Assembly (NCBI GenBank): GCA_017462035.1
Contig: JAFTRY010000013.1
Coordinates: 425 to 64,424 of the forward strand
Direction: 5' to 3'
Length of the DNA stretch: 64,000 bases
From: Clostridia bacterium
GTDB lineage: Bacteria > Bacillota > Clostridia > Oscillospirales > CAG-272
Positions 1-8,935 of the stretch are shown piece by piece. Position numbers and translations under genes: made by a program. A model generated the notes under the pieces. The model saw only the letters and a program-made list of their open reading frames with translations. It was not told the origin of the DNA and did no database searches. Position 1 is the first letter of the stretch; each line of letters begins with the position of its first letter.

Positions 1-73
1 GTTCCTTGTTGCGTAGGTGGTGGTTGCTCATTACGGTATATCCTGTGTTGCGCTCCACGCGGAAAACTGCCAT
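1..73 (-). CDS. First 24 codons of a mobile-element HTH / replication-initiator-like protein; the gene runs off the left edge
   Basis: Minus-strand ATG at 71-73 is preceded by AAGGAG. Translation is MAVFRVERNTGYTVMSNHHLRNKE, an N-terminus I recall from HTH-domain proteins of Firmicute conjugative elements and plasmids. Only 24 aa are visible. Confidence 0.4.
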   Translation of the reverse strand, partial: MAVFRVERNTGYTVMSNHHLRNKE

Positions 74-222
74 TGCTTCATCACTCCTTTGCTGTGGTCT
101 TGTTACGCAATAAAACGGTATTTTTGAGGGGTTAGGTATAAATCCCTTACCGCGTCAGAAATGCGCCCGCAAAGCCGCATAAATCAAGGGCTTTTTTGCC
201 CCTACTGCGTAACAGAGGGCAT

Positions 223-272
223 GAAAAAAGCGGCGTTCCTATGTTCCCGTTGGGGAATTAGTAAACGCCGCC
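223..272 (-). terminator. Rho-independent terminator after the 284..646 gene
   Basis: Minus-strand hairpin GGCGGCGTT...AACGCCGC (229-272) is followed by a T-run (A-run 224-229 on plus). Confidence 0.55.
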
Positions 273-283
273 TGTGCGGTAGT

Positions 284-646
284 CTATTCTGTTTCGTCCG
301 CGATAATGTCCTGCATGACTTCGCCAAAGTCTGCCGTAAAGGAAAAAATGAAATAATCCAAAACGGCGGGGTCTGCGCCCATAGGCTCAGCTTCCTCGGA
401 AAAGGGCAAGCCCATAAGCCCGTACAGCATTTTGATAACCTTAAAGAGCTTTTCCCGGTCTGCCGGGGTGTTCATGGTAACGAGTACGTCCGTCAAGCGG
501 TTTACGGTTTCCATGTCGCCGCCTGTCGTTACCCATACCATTTCTGCGAATGGCTGCGTGATTGCTCCGTCTACAAGGTTAATCTTATCCTTGCTGATTT
601 CGCCGGACGGAAGTATAATACCTTTATCTAAAAGTACGTTTTTCAT
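284..646 (-). CDS. Hypothetical small acidic protein (120 aa), probably mobile-element cargo
   Basis: ORF with internal ATG at 644-646 preceded by AAGGAGG (MKNVLLDKGIILPSG...). No recognisable motif. It lies upstream of the element-like gene at the left edge. Confidence 0.55.
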   Translation of the reverse strand: MKNVLLDKGIILPSGEISKDKINLVDGAITQPFAEMVWVTTGGDMETVNRLTDVLVTMNTPADREKLFKVIKMLYGLMGLPFSEEAEPMGADPAVLDYFIFSFTADFGEVMQDIIADETE

Positions 647-901
647 GTCGTCCTCCTTATAATTTGTGGTGCCTAAATGGTGCCCGACTTTGCAAAACCA
701 CCTTATACGGAGATATGGCATGATATAGACAGATACGCGGAAAACCTTGATTTTAAGCCATTTTTGCAGGGTATCATAAACATTTGCAAGGACTTATAAG
801 AAGATTTCCGTCTATCAAATCAATAAAAAATATTCACTTTTTATTCGTAAAGACAGATTTTTGAGCTAAAATAAAATAAAGTGAAAAATTTAAATAAGGT
901 A

Positions 902-930
902 TTGAAATTTGGGTAAGGGGATGATATAAT
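902..930 (+). promoter_or_regulatory. Sigma-70-type promoter for the 971..2793 unit
   Basis: TTGAAA (902-907), 17-nt spacer, TATAAT (925-930). Confidence 0.5.
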
Positions 931-970
931 GGTAGCGTAATGACCGTAAACCAGCTGCGAGGACCGCCCA

Positions 971-1960
971 ATGATGATAAAAGACGAAGTGAAAAAGTAT
1001 ACCATAGCGGAGGATGAGGAAGAGATCTACGCGCGGTTTGTCAGAAGCAGACGCTTTTTTGAGGACTTCCTTGTGTTCGACGTGTCGGACGACGGTCGGA
1101 TCGTAGCAGGTCGGGCACCGGTTTCTCGAATGAGTTGGCTGGGAGACAGCCTTTGGAGCCATATGAGTTGGACCGATAGGGAGAGTGTGCGTTCCTTCTT
1201 GCTTAGCTACGAATCTCGTCCCATGATCGCCAAAACTGACCTGGGAATCGCCTTGATCCTGCCCGCGCTCATGCCGGGTGCCTCGGCGGGAGTCGCTGTA
1301 TTTCCTCAAATGAATCCCTCTGCGCTGTTTCAATTGTTGATAAGAGATAAAGACTCGTTTTTGTGGAGCGGGGAACTGAGGAATCAAGAGAAGGGAAGAA
1401 TGACGAAGGAGATGCGTCGCCGTGCACCGGAGCTTGCGGAGACTTTGCGAGAAATTCGTTTCTGCTTTGGTAATCTCGAGCCCTCAGAGATTCAAGCGGG
1501 AGAACGGATCGAAAGTGCTTTGATACAACGCGCTCGTCTGCTGTCCCGTTTCGTCGGTTGTCCCGTTCGGATCACGGAGTACGAGCCGCTGACGAATTAC
1601 GGTGAATTTGATTTTTCTATGTTTTCCGCTTTCGTGCTGGGGGTGCTCTGCTTTTGCAGACGCTTGATCCCTTTACGGGAGGCGGAGCTTTTGCTGTGCC
1701 GGCATCCGGATGGAGTTTCGGTGACGATACGGATGGCATGCCACTGTCCCGGTGCCAAGCGAATGCCCGAGCTCATCTGGCTGGAATCCTTGGCATCCAG
1801 AAAATACATGTTATTGGAACAGTCTCTTTCTCCTTCGGTATTGCAGTTGAGAATGGTTCCGACAAGACACGATTGGTCGTATCTCGGGTTGAAGGAGCCC
1901 AATCAAATGCGCAGAAAAGAATTCGAAAACGGAGGAAGTAGGGAGGAGAGAAAATCATGA
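971..1960 (+). CDS. Hypothetical protein (329 aa), translationally coupled to the AraC-family gene
   Basis: Long ORF with GAGGA upstream. Its stop overlaps the next start (ATGA at 1957-1960). No motif I can name. Confidence 0.55.
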   Translation: MMIKDEVKKYTIAEDEEEIYARFVRSRRFFEDFLVFDVSDDGRIVAGRAPVSRMSWLGDSLWSHMSWTDRESVRSFLLSYESRPMIAKTDLGIALILPALMPGASAGVAVFPQMNPSALFQLLIRDKDSFLWSGELRNQEKGRMTKEMRRRAPELAETLREIRFCFGNLEPSEIQAGERIESALIQRARLLSRFVGCPVRITEYEPLTNYGEFDFSMFSAFVLGVLCFCRRLIPLREAELLLCRHPDGVSVTIRMACHCPGAKRMPELIWLESLASRKYMLLEQSLSPSVLQLRMVPTRHDWSYLGLKEPNQMRRKEFENGGSREERKS

Positions 1961-2793
1961 CAGGTTTCTTTGCCGATATGGGCATAGATTTCTTCATGGA
2001 GCACGAGCGTCGGAGTGCTATCATGCCCTTTGTGCATATCCATCCCCAGTACGAATTGTATTTTTGTACGGATAATGTAGAACAGACGTCAGTGATCAAC
2101 GGCGTAAAGTACGTCTACAAATATCCCTGTGCCATTTTATCCTGACCATATACCGTTCATTCCATGTCCTGTGAGGATCCGAATCGTTTTGAGAGGTATG
2201 TGTTCTATTTTGGAGAGAAGACTTTGTCCGGAGTGGAAAATCGAATGATCCCCACGCTACTTCAGGAAAAGAACATCGGAATTTTATTTCCGTTGACTGA
2301 GGAACAGGCACAAAATCTGCGGCAGATGATCGAGGCATGCCTTTCCTTCGGTGAAAAGACTACCGTAGAGGAAAGAGAACTGATGTTTTACTTTGTTCTC
2401 AATCGGATCTTTGATTTCTGTCCCGAGGAGAAACGAATCCGGATCGGAATCGCTTCTACGTATATTCAAGAGGTGTTGCAGTACTTGGCGGAGAATTATA
2501 CCGCCTCCATTAACGTAGAGCAAGTGGCGGCAAGATTTGCCATCAGTGTGGCAAAGCTCAATCGGGATTTTCGCACTATTACAGGTCTTTCTGTTCACCG
2601 ATTCGTGGAGCTATGCCGTTTGAATCAAGCCAAATATCTGTTGCGACACTGTCCGGATATTACGGTGGGTAAGATTGCGGAGAAATGTGGATTTGCCACG
2701 GAAAGCTACTTTTTTCCGTTTTTTAAACGGCATGCGGGGATTACGCCGGTGGAATTCCGACGGCGGTATAAGAAGCTGAAATCGGGGAAGTAA
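1957..2793 (+). pseudogene. AraC-family transcriptional regulator interrupted by an in-frame TGA (2143-2145)
   Basis: ORF 1957-2145 is a cupin-like N-terminus (PFVHIHPQYELYF). ORF 2164-2793 is in the same frame and carries the AraC HTH (VEQVAARFAISVAKLNRDFR...YFFPFFKRHAGITPVEFRR). The joined length of about 278 aa is typical. GGGAGGAG precedes only the first ATG. Confidence 0.75.
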
Positions 2794-2848
2794 TTATAAC
2801 GTGATCTGGAGCAGAAGCCGTATCAGCAAATTTAATATAACAGTACGT

Positions 2849-2893
2849 AAAAAAATTCCCCTCGAAGAAAATACCTTCGAGGGGAATTTTTAT
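2849..2893. terminator. Bidirectional terminator between the AraC-family gene and the ACP gene
   Basis: 14-bp stem AATTCCCCTCGAAG / CTTCGAGGGGAATT flanked by an A-run and a T-run. Confidence 0.65.
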
Positions 2894-2899
2894 GTTCGA

Positions 2900-3127
2900 T
2901 CAAACGTTCAGAGTTTCCAGGTAGCTTACTACGTCACCAACGGTGGTGAATTTGCGAATGTCATCGTCATTGATCTCAATGCCGAATTTGTCCTCGCAGA
3001 GCATAACCAGATCGGCAAGCTCAATGGAGTTGATGCCCAGATCGTTGGACAGTTCAGCCTCCATAGTGATCTCGCTGCGTTCAATCTGCAGCTCCTCTAC
3101 CAACAGTTCTACAAACTTCTCGTACAT
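2900..3127 (-). CDS. Acyl carrier protein (75 aa)
   Basis: ACP length and acidity. The phosphopantetheine-site motif DLGINSIELADLV matches the canonical D-S-L/I. Confidence 0.85.
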   Translation of the reverse strand: MYEKFVELLVEELQIERSEITMEAELSNDLGINSIELADLVMLCEDKFGIEINDDDIRKFTTVGDVVSYLETLNV

Positions 3128-3149
3128 AATTTCCTCCTAATTTGTTTTT

Positions 3150-4859
3150 TCAGTTGACCTTAAAGCGCTGAATCTTTTTAGAAGTGGTGCGCTCAAATTT
3201 GTCGTATCTGACCTCGATCTTGCGGATATGCTTGAAAGAGGGCAACTTACGGTTAATATTATTTACAGCAGTTTTGATTTCTGCGTAAATTTCGTCTTTG
3301 TTCTTGCCGGCAAGAATTTCCTCGTTGGGGACAACGATGGCGGTAATGGTTTGCTCTCCTAAGTCGTTGGTTCTGGCGAGAACTACCGATTCCAGAATGG
3401 CGGGAACGGCGGCAAGATATTCCTCCAGTTCCTCGGGGAACACGTTCTTACCGTTGCTCAGGATGATGACGTTCTTTTTTCGTCCGGTAATGAAAATATA
3501 TCCCTCGTCATCCATATAGCCAATATCACCGGTCCGGAACCAACCGTCCTCGGTAAATGCCTCCGCGGTAGCTTCCTCATTCTTGTAGTAGCCCATCATG
3601 ACGTTGTCACCCTTGACCAAGATCTCTCCGGTCTCTTCCTCGGGTTTCTTGTCGATCATGACGGTACAGCCCTTCACAGGCGTGCCCACGGAGCGGAACT
3701 TGATCTTTCCGGGAGAGTTGACCGAAACCAGGGGAGCGCACTCGGTGATACCGTAGCCCTCCAGAACCGTAATACCAAAGGCATAAAAGTCCTTAATGAG
3801 ATCAGGACTCAGCGGGGCTCCGCCGCATACAATACTCTTCAGATTTCCTCCGAAGGCGGCGTTGACCTGCTTAAATAGCTTGCCGCGGATATCCAGCCGA
3901 ACCGAAAGCAAGGCACTGTTCATCTTGATCAGCGCACGCATCTGCTTTTCCAGCCCCTTCTTGCGTACCTCGTCCCAAATTCTCTTGTGCATAGTCTCCA
4001 CAAAGAGGGGAACTAGCATCAAGGCGTTGGGTTGGAAGGATTTGAAGTTTTTTAGTACGTGCTTCAGACTATCATTGATGAAGATCTGGGCACCCAGATC
4101 CATAATGGCAAGGTGACCGCAGGTAATTTCGTACGTGTGGTGAGGCGGGAGAACCGAAACAAAGGTGTTGCGGTCGTCGTAAGACATGGAAAGTACCGAC
4201 GCATTGGTAGCGGCGGTCAAATTTCTGTGGGAAAGCATCACACCCTTGCTGGTTCCGGTGGTTCCGGAGGTGAAGATCAGAGCGGACATTTTCTCCATTT
4301 CAAGGGAAATTTGAAGATAGGAATCATTTCCCTCGGAAATTGCTTTTTCACCCATTTCCAGGATCTCGTCTACCGTGTATACCTTGTCGGAAAAGCGGAA
4401 ATCCTCCTCCGGCTCAATGGGAATGAAATAACGGATCTCGGGACAGAGGGCGGAAAGCTCCTTGGCTTTTTCGTTCTGGGCGGCGGTGTAAACAAAGCAG
4501 ACGCACTCGCCAAATTTCAGAAAATCAGCGGTGGCTTCGGCGGAGAGCTCCTTGTCAATGGGGACGATACAGCCGTTACCGTTGATACATGCCAGATAGG
4601 TGGCGATCCAACGGGGATGGGTGTCACCGCTAACAGCAATGTGCTGATCCCCAATGCCCAAGAGGGAAAAGGCAGTTCCCAGGCGATTCATTTCGGTCAA
4701 AAGACGGGAGTAGGAATACTCGGCATATTCGCCGTTTCTTTCCTTGTAGAAATACAGGGTGCGGTCTCCGAAGCACTCCGCGCCCGAGGTAACCAAGTGG
4801 CGGAGATTGGAGATAACCTTGGGAGGCTTCGCTCCCTTGAGGTTGTTGATCATTCTCAT
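3150..4859 (-). CDS. AMP-dependent synthetase/ligase (long-chain fatty acid-CoA or acyl-ACP ligase type)
   Basis: AMP-binding motif FTSGTTGTSKGVMLSHRNL plus TGDIGYMDDEGYIFITGRKK. Start chosen at MRMINN with AAGGA upstream. Confidence 0.85.
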   Translation of the reverse strand: MRMINNLKGAKPPKVISNLRHLVTSGAECFGDRTLYFYKERNGEYAEYSYSRLLTEMNRLGTAFSLLGIGDQHIAVSGDTHPRWIATYLACINGNGCIVPIDKELSAEATADFLKFGECVCFVYTAAQNEKAKELSALCPEIRYFIPIEPEEDFRFSDKVYTVDEILEMGEKAISEGNDSYLQISLEMEKMSALIFTSGTTGTSKGVMLSHRNLTAATNASVLSMSYDDRNTFVSVLPPHHTYEITCGHLAIMDLGAQIFINDSLKHVLKNFKSFQPNALMLVPLFVETMHKRIWDEVRKKGLEKQMRALIKMNSALLSVRLDIRGKLFKQVNAAFGGNLKSIVCGGAPLSPDLIKDFYAFGITVLEGYGITECAPLVSVNSPGKIKFRSVGTPVKGCTVMIDKKPEEETGEILVKGDNVMMGYYKNEEATAEAFTEDGWFRTGDIGYMDDEGYIFITGRKKNVIILSNGKNVFPEELEEYLAAVPAILESVVLARTNDLGEQTITAIVVPNEEILAGKNKDEIYAEIKTAVNNINRKLPSFKHIRKIEVRYDKFERTTSKKIQRFKVN

Positions 4860-5092
4860 ATCACGTACATCCTTTTCTGTATTTTTTACAGCACCTTCTA
4901 TTATATAATAAACCTGCCAAAAAGTCAAGTAAAATCTTTCTACCTCTGTAAATTTTCTGTAAAAAAGAAAAATAATCGTCTTTTTGTGCTTTTTTTCATA
5001 AGTTTTCGGAGGGAATTGACAGATTACGTTTTTTGTGGTAAGATGAAAGAAAAATGAACAATTGCAAGAAACAAGAAAGATGGGAGGAATCT

Positions 5093-7276
5093 ATGGCACT
5101 TTTTGATCAACGACCCCTTTGCCTGTTCTGCTTCTTGTTCTACATCGCTTCTTTGCTTGTCTGGCGGCTTCCCATGTCCTTCCTGATCCCGCTTTTGCTG
5201 TTGACAGCCGCGGCACTTTGCTTTGTGGTGTGTTGGATGATTTTACGTCCGCAGAGTCGGCTTACACTCCTTAGCTGGCTTTTGGGGATTTTTTTCATAG
5301 GCGTTGCCATGCTGAATATTTTTCTTTCGGTGGATCTTCCTCAAAGGAGAGCAGCAGAACTGGAAGGGGAACGAAGGATCCTGGCGGAAATTTTGGATGA
5401 GAGAGAGTCAGGGTATCGGGTGAAGCTCCTTGAGACAGATGGAGAGAAATGCTCGGGCAAGGGGATCCTTTACTGTGATTTTGACGAAGAACTGAGGGTG
5501 GGAGATCGGGTCCTCAGCTTTGCCGATCTGCGTCCCGTTGCCGACCTGAGCGAGACTCGGGCAGAGGAGGGGATCGTCTTTTCTATATACATAGAACAGG
5601 AGGATCAGCCTTTGGTACAGAGACTGTCCGAGGAGAGATCGGTGTGGGAGCTTCTCAAAAGCAATACGGGCAGACGGATTCTCGCGTCGCGCGTTCAAGA
5701 CGGCATTTATGGCATCCTCACCCGAGAACTGGGGGATAGGGTGGGATACCTGTCGGGGGCGTTTTTGCTGGGAGACACCGCCGAGCTTTCCGATGAAATC
5801 GTCCGTGATTTTCGGCGTTCGGGCACCTCTCACTTAATGGCGATCAGCGGGATGCATATTACGGTACTTTTGGGAGGCTTGGAGTGGTTGTTGATCAGGC
5901 TGTGGATCCCGAAAAAGCTTCGCTGTGTGATCGTGGCACTGTTTGCCCTTGGATTTCTGTTTGTCACAGGCTTTTCCATGTCCGCCTGCCGTTCGGTGTT
6001 AATGCTCTTTTCGGTGTACCTGAGCTTTATGTTTTATGAGGAAAACGATTCTGTTACCGCTCTCTTTGCGTCGGTGACCGTGATTCTTCTGATCTTCCCC
6101 TACGGAGTGAGCGACCTGGGACTTTGGATGTCCTTTCTTGCCACCTTGGGCATTTTGACCGTCTACCCTGTGGCGGAGAAGCAGATTCCGTATTCAAAAA
6201 ATCCTCTTTTGCGTTTTTTGAGAAAGGGGATCATGCTTCTCTTGATGACGGTGGTGGCGAACTTGTTTTTGCTTCCTATTATGTGGGCGGTGTTTGGGGA
6301 AATTTCCTGGATCGGTCTCGTGAGTAATATACTCATGTCACCTTTGGCTGATCTGATTTTGGTGGCAACCGTGCCCCTTCTTCTGTTGCATGGCGTACCC
6401 TTTGCGGGCGATGGGATCCGAGCGGCGTTGTCTGCCGCAGGTGAGGGACTTCTTGCACAGCTTCGCTTCTTTTCGGGGATTCCGTACGGAACCCTGTCTC
6501 TTGATTACTCCTTTTCCTATCTGCTGATTCCTCTTTTCAGCATCGCCACGGCAGTGCTGTTGGTTGTCAGATTGGAGAAAAAACGATGGCTTGCCGTGCT
6601 GCCCTTGGCAACGGTGCTGGGATTGGCACTTTGTCTGACGGTCTATCACAGTGTGAATGCCACGCCCCGTCTTGTCTACGCCAACGACGGGAAACAGAAT
6701 GAGATCTTCGCAGTGGAGGAAGGAATCACACTGTCGGTTTGCGACTGTACCTCGGGCGGGCTTCGTACCTACTCCGCGGTGAAAGAGCTTTTGAGCGAGT
6801 CTCACGCCACGGAGATCCATTCCTACGTCCTGAGCCATTATCACGGTAGAGACGTTCGAGGCTTAGAGCTGTTATTGCGGAAGACAATGATCCATACACT
6901 CTATTTGCCTGCACCTACTACCCAAGAGGAGGCTCAAATCGCGAGCCGTCTGTTTGATACGGCAGAGGAATGCGGAACTCGGGTGGTCTTTACCCATAAC
7001 ACGGAAGGGGTGAGGATGACTGATTCGGTAGCTCTGGGAATGACCCGGTCAGATGGCGGAGAGGATCTGGAGGGAGCGTTTGTTTTCATCGGTGAAGAGA
7101 GCTCACTGACCTATCTGTCCTCAGAGAAGCTTCCGATAACCGACGGTCTTCCCGCATCCCAAGGGATCCTCATCGGAAATCACGATCACCGCATAGCGCA
7201 GATGCCCGCGGAGAGCTCCGTGCCGGTGTACAACTTACCGAGGGAGAGAAAAAGGATCCAATTTTTCTTGCCGTAA
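5093..7276 (+). CDS. comEC: ComEC/Rec2 DNA internalisation channel with C-terminal metallo-beta-lactamase-like domain
   Basis: Polytopic protein with competence-domain motif SGTSHLMAISGMHITVLLG and C-terminal SHYHGRD. GGGAGG lies 5 nt upstream of ATG 5093. Confidence 0.85.
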   Translation: MALFDQRPLCLFCFLFYIASLLVWRLPMSFLIPLLLLTAAALCFVVCWMILRPQSRLTLLSWLLGIFFIGVAMLNIFLSVDLPQRRAAELEGERRILAEILDERESGYRVKLLETDGEKCSGKGILYCDFDEELRVGDRVLSFADLRPVADLSETRAEEGIVFSIYIEQEDQPLVQRLSEERSVWELLKSNTGRRILASRVQDGIYGILTRELGDRVGYLSGAFLLGDTAELSDEIVRDFRRSGTSHLMAISGMHITVLLGGLEWLLIRLWIPKKLRCVIVALFALGFLFVTGFSMSACRSVLMLFSVYLSFMFYEENDSVTALFASVTVILLIFPYGVSDLGLWMSFLATLGILTVYPVAEKQIPYSKNPLLRFLRKGIMLLLMTVVANLFLLPIMWAVFGEISWIGLVSNILMSPLADLILVATVPLLLLHGVPFAGDGIRAALSAAGEGLLAQLRFFSGIPYGTLSLDYSFSYLLIPLFSIATAVLLVVRLEKKRWLAVLPLATVLGLALCLTVYHSVNATPRLVYANDGKQNEIFAVEEGITLSVCDCTSGGLRTYSAVKELLSESHATEIHSYVLSHYHGRDVRGLELLLRKTMIHTLYLPAPTTQEEAQIASRLFDTAEECGTRVVFTHNTEGVRMTDSVALGMTRSDGGEDLEGAFVFIGEESSLTYLSSEKLPITDGLPASQGILIGNHDHRIAQMPAESSVPVYNLPRERKRIQFFLP

Positions 7277-7366
7277 ATGCGGAATGTCCCTGTCAAAAGT
7301 GCTGTTTTTCACATATGCTGATACCAAAGCAGGCATCAGCATCCAGCCTGTGATTGAAAGGATTGT

Positions 7367-8272
7367 ATGACGATGAACAGCAAAAAAAAGCTTGCGATGC
7401 TTGGAGGCGATCTGAGACAATATACGGCGGCAGTCATGCTTGGCAAAAAGAATTGGGACGTGAAGGTTTGGGGCTTGACAACAGCAGGAGAGGAGAGGAA
7501 AGGGGTCACCTTCTTTTCCAGTCCGGAGGAGGCGGTAGCTGAAACGGAGGGAGTGGTACTTCCTTTACCGGCATCGGTGGACGGTCTTCTGTTGAATTGT
7601 CCCTTTGATGCATCGGACTCCCGTTTGCGTCTGAACGACTTACTTTCTCTCCTCCCGCCGGGGCAGAGGATCGTAGGCGGAAAGATCCCGGAATCCTTTT
7701 CGGCAAACGCAGAGGCAAAAGGACTCCGTGTATTTGATTATTTTCATTCTGAGGAATTCCAAATTCAAAACGCGTATACCACGGCGGAGGCGGCACTGAG
7801 CATTGCCATGAACCGCCTGAACCGTACTCTGTTTGGTGCGAAAATTGCCATTACCGGCTACGGAAGAATTGCCAAGCACCTGGCACGGCTGTTACAGAAT
7901 CTTGGTGCCACGGTTACCGTAGCGGCAAGAAAAAAGAGCGACCTTGCCTGGGCGGAATCTCTGGGATGTCTGTCTCTGGATCTGAGCAGAGAGGGCGCGA
8001 TCCGCCAATTGGCGGATGGATATGATGTGATCTACAATACCGTTCCCCATTGGCTTTTTGACCGTGAATTTCTGGAACGGGCGGATCCCCGCACATTTTT
8101 GATCGACCTTGCCTCGGTGCCGGGCGGTGTGGATATTGGGGCAGCCAAGGAGCTTGGTTCCAACGTCCTCTGGGCAACCTCTCTTCCCGGAAAATACGCA
8201 CCGGACAGCGCGGGGGAACTGATCGCCCACTGTGTGGATCGGATCCTCAGAGAGGAGGTGGAGACGGGATGA
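7367..8272 (+). CDS. dpaA: Dipicolinate synthase subunit A
   Basis: N-terminus KKLAMLGGDLRQ and Rossmann ITGYGRIAKHLARLL. ATGA overlap with dpaB. An alternative start at 7373 is possible. Confidence 0.85.
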   Translation: MTMNSKKKLAMLGGDLRQYTAAVMLGKKNWDVKVWGLTTAGEERKGVTFFSSPEEAVAETEGVVLPLPASVDGLLLNCPFDASDSRLRLNDLLSLLPPGQRIVGGKIPESFSANAEAKGLRVFDYFHSEEFQIQNAYTTAEAALSIAMNRLNRTLFGAKIAITGYGRIAKHLARLLQNLGATVTVAARKKSDLAWAESLGCLSLDLSREGAIRQLADGYDVIYNTVPHWLFDREFLERADPRTFLIDLASVPGGVDIGAAKELGSNVLWATSLPGKYAPDSAGELIAHCVDRILREEVETG

Positions 8273-8829
8273 TCGGATTTGCCATGTGCGGCTCCTACTG
8301 TACCCATCGATTGGCACTGGAGCAAATGAAGGCACTTTGCGAATCGGGGCAAGAGCTTTTGCCGATTTTTAGTGAAAACGTGTATACGACCGATACTCAT
8401 TTTGGAAGCAGTGAGGCGTTGAAGGAACGTGTCACTCAGCTTTGCCATAAACCAATTATCCATACCATCGTGGAGGCAGAGCCCTTAGGACCGAGAACAC
8501 CCCTGGACCTGTTGGTTATTTGCCCCTGTACGGGAAATACGCTGGCGAAGATTGCTATGGGGATTACCGATACGGCGGTAACGATGGCGGCAAAGGCTCA
8601 TTTGCGGAGCAACCGCCCCCTGGTGATCGCTCTTGCGTCCAACGATGCCCTGTCCGCAAACTTGAAAAATATCGGACTGCTTCTCACTCGTAAAGGTGTC
8701 TTTTTTGTTCCCATGACTCAGGATGACCCGGATAAGAAGCCTCACTCCTTGGTGGCTGACTTTTCTCTCTTGCGAGCAACCATTGCCGCCGCTAAGGAAG
8801 GAAGGCAGTACCAAAAGATCTTTCTTTAA
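8269..8829 (+). CDS. dpaB: Dipicolinate synthase subunit B (flavoprotein-like)
   Basis: MIGFAMCGSYCTH...ICPCTGNTLAKIA, typical of SpoVFB. Coupled to dpaA. Confidence 0.88.
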   Translation: MIGFAMCGSYCTHRLALEQMKALCESGQELLPIFSENVYTTDTHFGSSEALKERVTQLCHKPIIHTIVEAEPLGPRTPLDLLVICPCTGNTLAKIAMGITDTAVTMAAKAHLRSNRPLVIALASNDALSANLKNIGLLLTRKGVFFVPMTQDDPDKKPHSLVADFSLLRATIAAAKEGRQYQKIFL

Positions 8830-8852
8830 TTTTCCAATAAAAAGCATACGAA

Positions 8853-8892
8853 AGGCCGCTTTTGCTGTCAAAGAAATGATAGTAAAAGCGGC
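8853..8892. terminator. Hairpin between convergent dpaB and sigG
   Basis: GCCGCTTTT / AAAAGCGGC 9-bp stem with a T-rich flank. Confidence 0.45.
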
Positions 8893-8935
8893 TTTCTTTA
8901 GAAACAGAGAACGGTTCTTTTTTCTGAGGGAACGG

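Noticed and set aside
161-631. 156-aa plus-strand ORF at the left edge.
   Set aside because: It overlaps the better-supported minus-strand gene 284-646, which has an RBS and a terminator. Its translation is Cys/Arg-rich with no start context.
2143-2145. TGA in the AraC-family gene as selenocysteine or a reassigned codon.
   Set aside because: No SECIS-like hairpin follows it. TGA clearly terminates other genes in this window. AraC regulators are not known selenoproteins.
4059-5057. Long antisense ORFs opposite real genes. Also 11217-12359, 13380-14126, 19806-21059, 34229-35623 and 61171-61995.
   Set aside because: Each lies fully inside a confidently recognised gene on the other strand. They have no RBS and give low-complexity Gly/Val/Arg-rich translations with no motifs. 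They are typical shadow ORFs caused by codon bias.
7277-7366. Sigma-K-type promoter (CATA---TA) upstream of dpaA.
   Set aside because: Only a weak CATATGCTG match is present, with no clear -35 AC element at the correct spacing. That is not enough to call.
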